Under the pieces are notes generated by a model. That model did no database searches and had not been told where the DNA came from. It was given only the letters and a program-made list of their open reading frames with translations. Shown here in pieces: positions 40,107 to 50,914 of a stretch of DNA of 59,260 bases. The position numbers and the translations under genes are program-made. Source of the stretch: Candidatus Blautia merdipullorum (GTDB lineage Bacteria > Bacillota > Clostridia > Lachnospirales > Lachnospiraceae); assembly GCA_019118685.1 (NCBI GenBank), contig DWYL01000080.1, forward strand, positions 1 through 59,260, in the 5' to 3' direction. Position 1 is the stretch's first letter. Every line of letters starts with the position of its first letter.

Positions 40107-40116
40107 GGAGAAGCAT

Positions 40117-40734
40117 ATGTTTTTGATAGCAGGCCTTGGAAATCCAGGGAGACAGTATGAAAGAACCAGACATAATATGGGTTTTGACGCCATAGACGAG
40201 CTGATCGAGCGCCATAGGATCCCCCAGGGAGGAATCGCCCATAAAGCTATGTATGGAAAAGGGATCATAGAGGGAGAGAAAGTGATCCTGGCAAAGCCTC
40301 TGACCTATATGAATTTAAGCGGAGATGCTCTCCGTGAATTTGTAAATTATTATAAACTGGACCCGGAATCAGAGATGATCGTAATTTATGATGACATCGA
40401 TCTGGAGCCGGGACAGATCAGGATCCGGAAGAAAGGCAGCGCAGGAGGCCACAATGGGATCAAAAGTATTATTTCCCAGCTTGGCACACAAAACTTTTAC
40501 CGGGTAAAGATCGGCGTAGGTGCAAAACCAAAAGGCTGGGATCTGGCAGACTATGTTCTGGGACGTTTTTCACCCCAGGAAAGAGAATTAGTGGACCAGG
40601 CCATCGTCCAGGCGTCAGAGGCAGTGGAGATGATCCTGGCCCAAGGAATAGAGGCAGCGATGAACCATTATAACGGAGCTGCCAAAAAGAAAAAAGGGAA
40701 AACTCAGGAAGAGCCGGAGAAACGGCAGGAGTAA
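40117..40734 (+). CDS. pth: Peptidyl-tRNA hydrolase
   Basis: GLGNPG..YERTRHNMGF, KPLTYMNLSG, GGHNG. Confidence 0.97.
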   Translation: MFLIAGLGNPGRQYERTRHNMGFDAIDELIERHRIPQGGIAHKAMYGKGIIEGEKVILAKPLTYMNLSGDALREFVNYYKLDPESEMIVIYDDIDLEPGQIRIRKKGSAGGHNGIKSIISQLGTQNFYRVKIGVGAKPKGWDLADYVLGRFSPQERELVDQAIVQASEAVEMILAQGIEAAMNHYNGAAKKKKGKTQEEPEKRQE

Positions 40735-40737
40735 ATT

Positions 40738-43700
40738 ATGCAGGTATTTATGCAGCCATTGGAAAATTTAACAGAGTACCAGGAGATCCGGTCGCGGCTC
40801 CCTAAAAACCGGGGAGTCCTTCAGCTGTCCGGCTGCGTGGAATCACAGAAAGCCCATATGATGTATGGGCTTTTTCGTGGTATGAAAAATGATGTAAAAA
40901 AAGAAAATCTGAATTGTCTGATCATTGCAGAAAATGATCTGAAGGCAAGAGAAATCTATGAAGACTACCGGATGTATGACCAGGAAGTCTTCCTTTATCC
41001 GGCCAAAGACCTGATTTTTTTTCAGGCGGATGTGCATGGAAATCTTCTTACAAGAGAAAGAATGCGGGCTGTGGCTGCCCTCCTGGAAAATAAAGGTGTG
41101 ACTGTGATCACCAGTATGGGAGGGTGTATGGACTATCTCCTTCCTCTGGAGGTTATAAGAGAGCATACACTGGTCTTTAAAAACGACAGCCCGGTAGACC
41201 TGGAAAAACTGCGGAAGCAGCTTCTGAGCATGGGATATGAAGGAGGAGCCCAGGCAGAGTCCCCGGGACAATTTTCTGTCCGGGGCGGCATCATTGATAT
41301 TTTTCCCCTGACCCTGGATAATCCTGTGCGGATAGAACTGTGGGGGGATGAGATTGATTCCATCCGCAGCTTTGATCCGGAAAGTCAGAGATCTATAGAA
41401 AATCTGGAAGAAGTTACTATATACCCTGCCGCAGAGATGATCCTGGATGAGGACGTTCTGGAAAGGGGCCTGAAGGCCATAGAAAAAGAAAAGAAGGCCA
41501 TGGTAAAGAAATTCCGGGAGAATTTTCTTACGGAAGAAGGAGCCAGACTTACCCATATGGTGGAAGAGGCTGTTGATAGTCTGAAGGAGTATCAGGATTT
41601 TTCTGCTGCGGAGCATTTTGTAAGATACTTTTATAAAAATCCCGTGACTTTTTTGGACTATTTCCCTGCAGAAGACACTCTGATATTTCTGGATGAAACT
41701 AACCGGCTTACAGAACAGGGAAATGCCATTGAGACAGAGTTCAGGGAAAGCATGGAGCACCGGCTGGAAAAGGGATACCTTCTGGCAGGACAGACGGAAC
41801 TGCTTATGCCCTGCCGCCAGGTGATACAAAATATCAATAAGAAAAACTGCGTATCTTTGTGCACCATAGAACAGCAGAGAGGGGACTGGGAGATCCGGGA
41901 ACAGTTTTACATTACGGTAAAATCGGTGAGTCCGTATAACAACAGTTTTGAACTGTTGGTCAAGGACATGGAATATTTTAAGAAAAACGGATACCAGGTC
42001 CTTCTTCTTTCCGGATCCCGGACCAGAGCCTCCAGGCTGGCAAAAGATCTCAGCCAGGAAGGATTAAACAGCTTTTATACCGAAGATATGGACCGGATCA
42101 TTGCCCCCGGAGAGATCATGACCGCCTTCGGCCATGCCAAGAGGGGCTTTGAATATCCTCTGATCAAGTTTGTGGTGATCACGGAATCGGATATTTTCGG
42201 ACAGGAAAAAAAGAAAAAACGGAAGAAAACCGAGTACAGCGGAAAGCGGATCCAGAATTTCAGTGAACTGAGTATCGGAGACTATGTGGTACATGAAAAC
42301 CATGGTCTGGGAATTTACAGGGGCATTGAGAAAATCACTGTAGACCGGGTGGCCAAGGATTATATCAAGATTGAGTATGGAGACAACAGCACACTTTACA
42401 TCCTTCCCAATCAGCTGGACCTGCTGCAGAAATATGCAGGGGCCGACGCCAAGGCTCCGAAGCTGAATAAGCTGGGAACCCAGGACTGGAATAAGACAAA
42501 AACAAAGGTAAAAGGGGCGGTAAAAAATATCGCCAGGGATCTGGTGCAGCTTTATGCCGCAAGGCAGGCCCAGTCCGGCTATCAATATGGGCCGGATACC
42601 GTATGGCAGCGGGAATTTGAGGAAATGTTCCCCTTTGAGGAGACGGAAGATCAGCTGGCTGCCATAGATGCGGCAAAAAAAGATATGGAGAGCACCAAGA
42701 TCATGGACCGTCTGATCTGCGGAGATGTGGGATACGGAAAAACAGAGATCGCTATCCGGGCGGCTTTCAAGGCCGTGCAGGAGAGTAAACAGGTGGTATA
42801 TCTGGTCCCCACTACCATCCTGGCCCAGCAGCACTACAATACTTTTGTCCAGAGAATGAAGGATTTCCCTGTGCGTATCGACCTTTTATGCCGGTTCAGG
42901 ACTCCCGCAGAACAGAAAAAGACCATAGAAGACCTGGGAAAGGGACTGGTGGATATTGTGATCGGCACACACCGGGTTCTTTCCAAAGACGTAAAATATA
43001 AAGACCTGGGGCTGCTGATCATTGACGAAGAGCAGCGCTTCGGGGTTACTCATAAAGAAAAAATCAAAAAATTAAAAGAAAACGTAGATGTCCTTACCCT
43101 GACTGCCACGCCCATTCCCAGAACCCTTCATATGAGCCTGATCGGGATCCGGGATATGAGTGTACTGGAAGAAGCTCCTATGGACAGAATGCCTATCCAG
43201 ACCTATGTGATGGAATATAACGAGGAACTGGTCCGGGAAGCCATCACCAGAGAAATGGCAAGAGGGGGACAGGTGTATTATGTATACAACCGGGTAAATG
43301 ATATTGAAGAGATCACCAACCGGATCGCGAAACTGGTACCTGAGGCAAATGTAGCCTTTGCCCACGGACAGATGCGGGAGCACCAGCTGGAAAAGATCAT
43401 GTATGGCTTTATTAACGGCGATATTGATGTCCTGGTTTCTACTACCATTATAGAAACTGGATTGGACATCTCCAATGCTAATACCATGATCGTCCATGAC
43501 GCGGATCAGATGGGACTTTCCCAGCTGTATCAGCTTCGGGGCAGGGTAGGACGTTCTAACAGAACCGCCTATGCCTTCCTCATGTACCGGAGAAATAAAA
43601 TGCTGAAAGAGGTAGCGGAGAAAAGGCTTCATGCCATCCGGGAATTTACAGATCTGGGCAGCGGATTTAAGATTGCCATGAGGGATCTGGAAATCCGGGG

Positions 43701-44286
43701 CGCAGGCAACCTGCTGGGCGCAGAGCAGCATGGCCATATGCAGGCAGTGGGCTACGACCTCTATTGTAAAATGCTGGATGAGGCGGTAAAAGAAGCCAAA
43801 GGCATCCGTCAGCAGGAGGAATTTGAGACAACAGTAGATCTGGAACTGAACGCCTTTATTCCTCCAAAATATATTCCTAATGAATATCAGAAACTGGATG
43901 TTTATAAGCGGATCGCAGGAATCGAATCGCAGGAAGAGTATGAGGATATGCTGGAAGAACTTATGGACCGGTTCGGAGAACCTCCGAAAGCGGTTGAAAA
44001 TCTTCTGGCTATAGCGGCTCTGAAGGCTCTCGCCCATAAGGTTTATATCACCGAGATCAAGCAGACAGGAAAAGATGTGAAGCTTACCATGTTCCGGCAT
44101 GCGAAGCTGAACCCTTCAGGATTTCCTGAAATCTTAAATAAATACAAGAACAACCTGAAAATGCATCTGGAAGAACCTCCTTATTTCCAGGTTTCTCTGA
44201 AGGGAAGAAAGCCAAAAGAAACATTGGATGTACTGGAGATTCTGAACCATATCCTTACAGATTTCCTTTCTCTGGCTGAGGAATAG
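40738..44286 (+). CDS. mfd: Transcription-repair coupling factor
   Basis: [43 protein letters not shown]-terminus; canonical position after pth. Confidence 0.98.
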   Translation: MQVFMQPLENLTEYQEIRSRLPKNRGVLQLSGCVESQKAHMMYGLFRGMKNDVKKENLNCLIIAENDLKAREIYEDYRMYDQEVFLYPAKDLIFFQADVHGNLLTRERMRAVAALLENKGVTVITSMGGCMDYLLPLEVIREHTLVFKNDSPVDLEKLRKQLLSMGYEGGAQAESPGQFSVRGGIIDIFPLTLDNPVRIELWGDEIDSIRSFDPESQRSIENLEEVTIYPAAEMILDEDVLERGLKAIEKEKKAMVKKFRENFLTEEGARLTHMVEEAVDSLKEYQDFSAAEHFVRYFYKNPVTFLDYFPAEDTLIFLDETNRLTEQGNAIETEFRESMEHRLEKGYLLAGQTELLMPCRQVIQNINKKNCVSLCTIEQQRGDWEIREQFYITVKSVSPYNNSFELLVKDMEYFKKNGYQVLLLSGSRTRASRLAKDLSQEGLNSFYTEDMDRIIAPGEIMTAFGHAKRGFEYPLIKFVVITESDIFGQEKKKKRKKTEYSGKRIQNFSELSIGDYVVHENHGLGIYRGIEKITVDRVAKDYIKIEYGDNSTLYILPNQLDLLQKYAGADAKAPKLNKLGTQDWNKTKTKVKGAVKNIARDLVQLYAARQAQSGYQYGPDTVWQREFEEMFPFEETEDQLAAIDAAKKDMESTKIMDRLICGDVGYGKTEIAIRAAFKAVQESKQVVYLVPTTILAQQHYNTFVQRMKDFPVRIDLLCRFRTPAEQKKTIEDLGKGLVDIVIGTHRVLSKDVKYKDLGLLIIDEEQRFGVTHKEKIKKLKENVDVLTLTATPIPRTLHMSLIGIRDMSVLEEAPMDRMPIQTYVMEYNEELVREAITREMARGGQVYYVYNRVNDIEEITNRIAKLVPEANVAFAHGQMREHQLEKIMYGFINGDIDVLVSTTIIETGLDISNANTMIVHDADQMGLSQLYQLRGRVGRSNRTAYAFLMYRRNKMLKEVAEKRLHAIREFTDLGSGFKIAMRDLEIRGAGNLLGAEQHGHMQAVGYDLYCKMLDEAVKEAKGIRQQEEFETTVDLELNAFIPPKYIPNEYQKLDVYKRIAGIESQEEYEDMLEELMDRFGEPPKAVENLLAIAALKALAHKVYITEIKQTGKDVKLTMFRHAKLNPSGFPEILNKYKNNLKMHLEEPPYFQVSLKGRKPKETLDVLEILNHILTDFLSLAEE

Positions 44287-44296
44287 AAAATCGCTC

Positions 44297-44325
44297 TTGC
44301 CCGTAGGGATAAAAGCGACTATAAT
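44297..44325 (+). promoter_or_regulatory. Sigma-A-like promoter
   Basis: TTGCCC-17 nt-TATAAT. Confidence 0.55.
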
Positions 44326-44361
44326 GGGGAAAGGACATTTTGAAAAATACAGGAGGAAATT

Positions 44362-45492
44362 ATGAATAAAGCAGCTAAGAAAATAACAGGCGCTCTTTTG
44401 GCCGGAGCTTTGGGGGCAGCTTCTCTGACAGGATGCAGCAGTCCAATGGACGGGACTCAGCCTCTTCTGACTTCAGGAGAAGACACTGTGACTGTAGGAA
44501 CAGGAAATCTGATGCTGAGAATGAACCAGGCTACCATGCTTTCTTACTACTCTATGATGGGTGGAAGCACCACTGGATTATGGTCTCAGGATTCCGGGGA
44601 CGGAGAGACCTATGGAGATACTACAAAAGCAAGTGTACTGGACGAACTGGAAAATATGCTGGTCCAGAAGCAGCATGCGGCAGACTATGACGTTTCTATT
44701 TCCGAGGAAGAACAGGGAAAGATAGAAGAGGCCGCCCAGGCATTTATGGACGCCAATACAGAAGAAACGATCCAGAACCTGTCTGTTTCCCAGTCTGATG
44801 TGGAAACACTTCTGGAGCTTTATACTTATCAGACCAAAATGTATGATCCTATGGTAGCAGATGTAGACACCAATGTAGAGGATTCTGAGGCCGCCCAGAG
44901 CAGGATCACATACTGCCGGATCGATATCAGCGATACTCAGAATGAGGATGGAACTACCACTCCTCTTACAGATGAGGAAAAACAGGAAAAGAAAGATCAG
45001 GCTCAGGCCTTATTAGATAAACTTCAGGCGTCGGCTGACCCTGCCAGCGCAGACATGGATGCCCTCGCCAAGGAAGTGAATGAGGACTTAAACGCTGTGG
45101 ACAATACTTTTGGAGATGACGACACCCTTCTGGATGATAAGCTGAAAGAAGCAGCGAAAACCCTTCAGGACGGACAGGTATACGGAGAAGTAGTAGAAGG
45201 AGAAAACGCCTACTTTGTAGTAAGAATGGACAGTGTTCTGGACCGGGAGGCTACAGATGCTGAGAAAGAAAACATCGTATCCGAGAGACAGCAGAATGCT
45301 TATAACGACCTGCTGGATCAGTGGAAGGATGATGCAGACATTACCGTGAATAACAGAGAATGGGATAAAGTGACTCTCACAGACAATGAGCAGTATACTA
45401 TAAAACAGCCTGAGACGGAAGAGACAACAGAAGACAGCAGTACAGATGCCGGAGAAACTACAGAAAATAGTACAGACACCCAGGCAGAGTAA
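44362..45492 (+). CDS. PrsA-like foldase lipoprotein (peptidyl-prolyl isomerase family)
   Basis: Lipobox SLTGC; parvulin-like segment; canonical position after mfd. Confidence 0.75.
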   Translation: MNKAAKKITGALLAGALGAASLTGCSSPMDGTQPLLTSGEDTVTVGTGNLMLRMNQATMLSYYSMMGGSTTGLWSQDSGDGETYGDTTKASVLDELENMLVQKQHAADYDVSISEEEQGKIEEAAQAFMDANTEETIQNLSVSQSDVETLLELYTYQTKMYDPMVADVDTNVEDSEAAQSRITYCRIDISDTQNEDGTTTPLTDEEKQEKKDQAQALLDKLQASADPASADMDALAKEVNEDLNAVDNTFGDDDTLLDDKLKEAAKTLQDGQVYGEVVEGENAYFVVRMDSVLDREATDAEKENIVSERQQNAYNDLLDQWKDDADITVNNREWDKVTLTDNEQYTIKQPETEETTEDSSTDAGETTENSTDTQAE

Positions 45493-45496
45493 GGAC

Positions 45497-45531
45497 ACAG
45501 GGCAAAGGCGGGACCGCTTTTGCCCTGTTTT
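45497..45531 (+). terminator. Rho-independent terminator
   Basis: ACAGGGCAAAGGCGG-GA-CCGCTTTTGCCCTGT followed by TTT. Confidence 0.8.
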
Positions 45532-45548
45532 CGTAAAAGGAGAGAATT

Positions 45549-45851
45549 ATGAAGAAATCTCAAAAACTTGTCCGGGATGGAATACCGGACTTAATGCTGC
45601 AGAACGGCCAGACTCCTCATACACGTATTTTGGATGACACAGAATACAGGAAGGAACTGGAAAATAAACTTCAGGAAGAGGTTGAGGAATACCTCAGGGA
45701 CAAAAATGAAGAAGAACTGGCAGATATCCTGGAAGTTTTGGATGCAATCATAGAAGAGAATCATTTTTCTTGGGAGAATATCCTGGAAATAAAAAGAGCT
45801 AAAAAAGAAAGCAGGGGAGGATTTAAGAAAAAAATCTTCCTTATGGAGTAA
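45549..45851 (+). CDS. All-alpha NTP pyrophosphohydrolase (MazG/HisE-like)
   Basis: KLVRDGIP, KLQEEVEEY, EELADILEV, RGGF. Confidence 0.85.
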   Translation: MKKSQKLVRDGIPDLMLQNGQTPHTRILDDTEYRKELENKLQEEVEEYLRDKNEEELADILEVLDAIIEENHFSWENILEIKRAKKESRGGFKKKIFLME

Positions 45852-45871
45852 ACAGAAAGGAGTCATTTGCC

Positions 45872-46249
45872 ATGGAGCTTCAAAAAATACGGGAAAAATT
45901 GGATAAAATAGACCGCTCTATAAATTATCTTATATTTCTAAGGATGTCGGCAGCCGTTCTGGTGGGAGAAACCAAGAAAGAGCAAGACCTCCCTATATTC
46001 CAGCCGGAAAGAGAGAAGGAGATTTATCAAAGACAGAAAGTATTTGCAGAGGAGAGAGGGATTAATGAACAGCTTCTTATCCAGATATCAAAGCTTTTGA
46101 TAGAAGAGACTGTAGTCATCGAGGAAAAAATACTCAGTAACTCAAGAACTTATGAGGAAGAGGAGCAATTGGATATCTGGGAAAAATTAGAGCAATCTGA
46201 AAAATCTCTGGAGGATTTTCTTGCAGTTATGGAAGAGATGAAAATATAA
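45872..46249 (+). CDS. AroQ-type chorismate mutase domain protein
   Basis: LQKIREKLDKID...R...VGETK...IFQPERE. Confidence 0.75.
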   Translation: MELQKIREKLDKIDRSINYLIFLRMSAAVLVGETKKEQDLPIFQPEREKEIYQRQKVFAEERGINEQLLIQISKLLIEETVVIEEKILSNSRTYEEEEQLDIWEKLEQSEKSLEDFLAVMEEMKI

Positions 46250-46305
46250 GTTTTTAGGTAACAGGGATAACAGGTCTCTTATGACAGCTATATATGGGGG
46301 AATTT

Positions 46306-47013
46306 ATGAAATTTATAATTGAACATTTATCGAAGGGTTTTGATAAAAAGGAAGTACTGAGAGATATAAATTTTTCTTTTGAGGAGGGGAAGATTTATGG
46401 GCTTTTAGGAAGAAACGGGGCGGGCAAGACCACCTTATTTAACTGCATTAACCGGGATATCAGAGCAGACGGGGGCAGATTTTATCTGGAGGAAGAAGGC
46501 GAAGAGAGGGCGGTACAGGCAGAGGATATAGGCTATGTGCTTTCTACTCCTGCTGTGCCGGAATTTTTGACCGGACGGGAATTCCTGAAGTTTTTTCTGG
46601 ATATTAATGAAGGCTCTGTGCAGCAGCCAAAAACAATTGACGAATATTTTGATTATATAAGCATAGCGCCGGAAGACAGAGATAAGCTGTTAAAAGACTA
46701 CTCTCATGGGATGAAAAATAAGATGCAGATGCTTGTGAACATTATAGCCAGACCTAAACTTCTTCTTCTGGATGAACCTTTAACATCACTGGATGTGGTG
46801 GTGGCGGAAGAGATGAAACAGCTCCTCCGTTCTCTGAAAGATGACAGGATCATAATTTTTTCTACTCATATCATGGATCTTGCGCTGGATTTATGTGACA
46901 GGATCGTACTGCTCAGCCATGGGGAGCTGGAGCTGGTAGAAAAGTCCAATCTGGACAGCCGGGAGTTTAAGGAAAAGATCATAGCGGCCTTGCGGGAGGA
47001 TGCCTATGTATAG
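46306..47013 (+). CDS. ABC transporter ATP-binding protein
   Basis: GRNGAGKTT, YSHGMK, LLLDEP, STH. Confidence 0.93.
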   Translation: MKFIIEHLSKGFDKKEVLRDINFSFEEGKIYGLLGRNGAGKTTLFNCINRDIRADGGRFYLEEEGEERAVQAEDIGYVLSTPAVPEFLTGREFLKFFLDINEGSVQQPKTIDEYFDYISIAPEDRDKLLKDYSHGMKNKMQMLVNIIARPKLLLLDEPLTSLDVVVAEEMKQLLRSLKDDRIIIFSTHIMDLALDLCDRIVLLSHGELELVEKSNLDSREFKEKIIAALREDAYV

Positions 47014-48577
47014 AACATTACGGATATCATTTTCCCTTAAGAATACATATCGGGTAAACAGCATTTTGTATGCCGTTAAGCAGATACCTCTTATCAAAAA
47101 AATACTGCCGGATGCCTTATACGGAGTAAAAGGATTGAAGATATTTGCCAATGTCCTTTCTGCCGCAGGGGAGGTTTTATCTGTTTTTCTGGGGAAATTT
47201 TTATATCTTTCCATTATGATCCGGGGGATCGGGGAACTGTATAGGGAAGTTCCGGGGGACCAGGTATTCCTTCATATCCTGCTTTTTCTCACGGTGATAG
47301 GCGCATATATGAATACCAGTCTTTTTGAGCCTACGAGGGACAAGTATTTTGCCATGATCCTGATGCGAATGAATGCCAGGGAATACACATTAGTCAATTA
47401 CGGATATACAATCCTGAAAGTGATTTTAGGTTTTTTGCCTTTTACCATTTATTTCGGAACTCTTCAGGGCATTCCTTTTTGGTTCTGCCTGCTGATCCCC
47501 TTTTCCATAGCAGGAGTCAAAATGGCAGTATCGGCATTTTCTCTTAGGAATTATGAGAAAAACGGATTCGTCTATAAAGAAGGTAAGATCAGAAAACATC
47601 TCTGGCTGTTCGTGCTGATTTTTCTGGTTCTGGCCTATGGCCTGCCTGCTGCAGGGATGGTACTGCCAGAAGAGGCATCTATGCTTATTTTGGCCGCGTT
47701 TATTTTGGCAGGCCTTTCAGGTATCCGAAAGATTTATTCTTTTTCCTATTATCGGGAGATCAATCAGGAGCTTCTGGCCCGGATGATGAACCAGATGGAT
47801 ACTATACAGCAGGCTGCTAAGACTGCAAACGAAAAAACAATTTCCAGTGATACGCACATTACCAGCAGGAAAAAGGGATTCGAATATCTGAATGAGCTGT
47901 TTATCAAACGGCATCAGAAAATTCTCTGGAGATCTACAGTGAAGATTACAGCCGCCTGCTTTGTTCTGGTCTGGGGTATGCTGCTGGCTTTGTGCTTTGT
48001 CCCGGAAATAAGAGAAAGCGCCAATGAGCTGGTCCTGAACTGGCTTCCATATTTTGTTTTTATTATGTATACCATAAACAGAGGGAGAAACTTTACTCGG
48101 GTCTTGTTCATGAACTGCGATCACAGCCTGCTGACCTATTCCATTTATAAACAGCCTAAGTTTGTACTGAAATTGTTCCAGATCCGCCTGAGGGAGATCA
48201 TGAAGATCAATGCTGTGCCTGCTATCGTGATCGGGGCAGGCCTGTGTCTGACCCTATACGCATCGGGAGGTACAGAAAATCCTGCCCATTATCTGGTATT
48301 GTTTATCTCCATACTTTGTATGAGTATATTTTTTTCAATCCACTATCTGACCATTTATTATCTGCTTCAGCCTTATAACGCCGGGACAGAGATGAAAAGC
48401 GGCACTTATCAGATGGTCATGTCAGGTACTTACCTTGTATGCCTTGGCATGATGCAGGTGAAAATGCCCACTCTGCTATTTGGGATCACCTGTATTCTAT
48501 TCTGCATCCTTTATTCTGCGGCCGCATGTATCCTTGTTTATAAATTTGCACCGAAGACCTTCCGCCTGCGTACATAA
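47000..48577 (+). CDS. ABC transporter permease (multi-TM)
   Basis: About 12 hydrophobic segments; overlaps the ATPase stop. Confidence 0.8.
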   Translation: MPMYRTLRISFSLKNTYRVNSILYAVKQIPLIKKILPDALYGVKGLKIFANVLSAAGEVLSVFLGKFLYLSIMIRGIGELYREVPGDQVFLHILLFLTVIGAYMNTSLFEPTRDKYFAMILMRMNAREYTLVNYGYTILKVILGFLPFTIYFGTLQGIPFWFCLLIPFSIAGVKMAVSAFSLRNYEKNGFVYKEGKIRKHLWLFVLIFLVLAYGLPAAGMVLPEEASMLILAAFILAGLSGIRKIYSFSYYREINQELLARMMNQMDTIQQAAKTANEKTISSDTHITSRKKGFEYLNELFIKRHQKILWRSTVKITAACFVLVWGMLLALCFVPEIRESANELVLNWLPYFVFIMYTINRGRNFTRVLFMNCDHSLLTYSIYKQPKFVLKLFQIRLREIMKINAVPAIVIGAGLCLTLYASGGTENPAHYLVLFISILCMSIFFSIHYLTIYYLLQPYNAGTEMKSGTYQMVMSGTYLVCLGMMQVKMPTLLFGITCILFCILYSAAACILVYKFAPKTFRLRT

Positions 48578-48738
48578 AAAGAAGCTGCGGCGTCAACCAT
48601 ACTTCAGGAATATTTATACATTTTATGCGAATTTGTCGAGCACAGCTTTGAGACCATAGGCTCAAAGCAGCGCAGACTGAGCAAGAAAATGTATAAATAT
48701 TCTCGATTATGATTGACGCCACAGCTTCTTTTTATGTA
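48571..48738. repeat. Nested-palindrome interspersed element, copy 2 (inverted relative to copy 1)
   Basis: Outer IR TACATAAAAAGAAGCTG.GGCGTCAA/TTGACGCC.CAGCTTCTTTTTATGTA; the 103-bp core differs from copy 1 at about 7 positions. Confidence 0.9.
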
Positions 48739-50095
48739 TGGCTTTTGGCTTTTTCGAAGGAATGGATCCAGTCGGATTTCAGAAAATAAATGAAAAATAC
48801 AATGGAGCTTAAAGTCCAGGTTAAGGGATAGGCCCAGAAAATCACCCGGATGTCCGGGATCAGCCGTACCATTGCGGTAATATAAGTCACCCGGATGATG
48901 CACCAGCATACCAGCATGACCAGCATTGGAACTGTAGATTTTCCCGCGCCTCTCAGGATTCCGGCCATACAGTGAGAAAAGGCCAGAAGAAAATAAAATA
49001 ATGCAGCGACATGAGCCTGGGCTGTTCCGTAAGAGATAACCTCCGGCGTGCTGCTGAAAGCTGAGATCAGCATAGGCGCCAGTCCATAAATAACCAGACC
49101 GATCAGCTCGGCGATGGTAATGGAACATAGAACGCCGAAAACCGCTCCTTTTTTGCTCTGCCGTATTCCTTTGCACCTAAGTTCTGGCTGATAAAGGTGG
49201 TGAGGGCCAGGGCAAAGCAGGTAATGGGAAGAAAGCCGAAGCCTTCTACCTTAGAATAAGAGCCGCAGCCGGCCACAGCCATTTCTCCGAATTTATTAAT
49301 GTTAGACTGGACGACCACATTAGCCAGAGAAATGATAGAGTTCTGAAGTCCTGAAGGAAGTCCGTTAGAAATAATCTGCCGGAGCACCAGAAAGTCAATA
49401 CGGATTTTGGAAATATGCACCTGGTATTCCTCAGGGCTTTTCATCAGTTGTCCCAGGCAGAGGAAGGCACTGATAAACTGGGAAATAATAGTGGCCAGAG
49501 CCGCAGATCCTACACCCCAGTGAAAGACGCCTACAAACAAAAGATCCAGCACAATGTTTACAATGGAGGAGATGACCAGATAGATAAGCGGGTGCCGGCT
49601 GTCTCCTACGGACTGAAGGATTCCTACCATGAAGTTGTACATGACAAAGGCAAGAGAACCGCAGAAATAAATACGGAAATAAGTAATGGAGTTTGGAAGC
49701 ACTTCAGAAGGCGTTCCCATAAGGACAAGGATCTGAGGCGCTGCAAGGACTCCTATAAAAGTCAGGACTATTCCGCAGATCAGGCCAAGTGCCATAATGG
49801 TGTGGATCGTCCTCTGAACAATATGATACCTCTTTGCTCCGTAATACTTGGCAACAACTACTCCGGCGCCGATTGCCAGTCCGTTGAAGAATCCTACCAT
49901 CAGAAAGATCAGATTCCCGGAAGAGCTGACAGCCGCCAGGGCGGTGCTTCCCAGAAATCTTCCCACGATAAGCGAGTCTGCAGTGTTATAAAGCTGCTGA
50001 AAAAGATTGCCGAAAAAAAGCGGTATGGCAAAAAAAATGATCCTTTTCCAAATAGGACCGGTAGTCATAGAAACTGCTGAAGAATTACTGCTCAT
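48732..50095 (-). pseudogene. MATE transporter split by a 1-nt frameshift at 49149-49154 (or a sequencing error)
   Basis: ORFs 49103-50095 and 48732-49073 join if the A6 run on the minus strand were A7 (RAKKGAVFGVLC). Confidence 0.85.
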
Positions 50096-50382
50096 GATGT
50101 AAATGTTCCCCCCTTATGTTTACAGTATTAATTCTTTGCTCTGTATAAAGAAAATGTAGATTTTTGTACAGAGAGCATATGAGTACAGTATAGTTCTATT
50201 AAGAGGAAATTGCAAACTTTACATGCAGAAGAAAAGGCAATGTGATATAAAGAAAAAATATTATGAGTTTACAAGTCTATTGAATGGCAGAATGAAATTA
50301 GTTGAGAAAGCGCTGCAAAAATTTTATAATATTTTTGTAGTGGAACATAGGTTGTTTTATTAAGTAGGAGGAGTAAAACAAT

Positions 50383-50853
50383 ATGGATATAAAAGTATAT
50401 AAAGGATCGATAGATGATTTACAGACTTTGGTAGAAATGCGGATTGCCTATATACGAGAAGATTATGGAAGGATTTCCGATGAGCAAATTGAGGAAATAA
50501 AAAAAGCATTGCCAGACTATTATTCTCGCCACATTAATAGAGATTTACATATATACACGGCAAAAAAGGACGAAGAGATAATTGCCTGCGGTTTCCTACT
50601 TGTAATTGAAAAACCTGCAAGTCCAAGCTTTATACATGGAAAAGTAGGAACTGTTTTGAATGTTTATACAAAACCAGAATATAGGAGACAAGGTGCTGCA
50701 AAAAAGCTTTTGAAGCAAATGCTTTTAGAAGCAAGGAATATGGGACTTGATTATGTGGAATTGAAATCGACAGAAGCCGGATACTTTTTGTATAAGTCTC
50801 TTGGCTTTGAGGAGGTTCATTCCAAGCACCATAATATGCAGCTGATCATTTGA
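50383..50853 (+). CDS. GNAT N-acetyltransferase
   Basis: NVYTKPEYRRQGAA acetyl-CoA motif; LYKSLGF. Confidence 0.9.
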   Translation: MDIKVYKGSIDDLQTLVEMRIAYIREDYGRISDEQIEEIKKALPDYYSRHINRDLHIYTAKKDEEIIACGFLLVIEKPASPSFIHGKVGTVLNVYTKPEYRRQGAAKKLLKQMLLEARNMGLDYVELKSTEAGYFLYKSLGFEEVHSKHHNMQLII

Positions 50854-50914
50854 AACTGTTTCGTATAAAATAAAAAGTAATAATTATGAGCATATACAAA
50901 GGAAGGTCAAAACC

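Noticed and set aside
46257-46276. AGGGATAACAGG resembles the I-SceI site and a conserved 23S rRNA segment
   Set aside because: Only 12 bp match with divergent flanks; explained by a short TAACAGG duplication; no rRNA context.
48604-49176. 190-aa ORF on the minus strand
   Set aside because: An alternative frame of the frameshifted MATE 3' half running into the repeat; not an independent gene.
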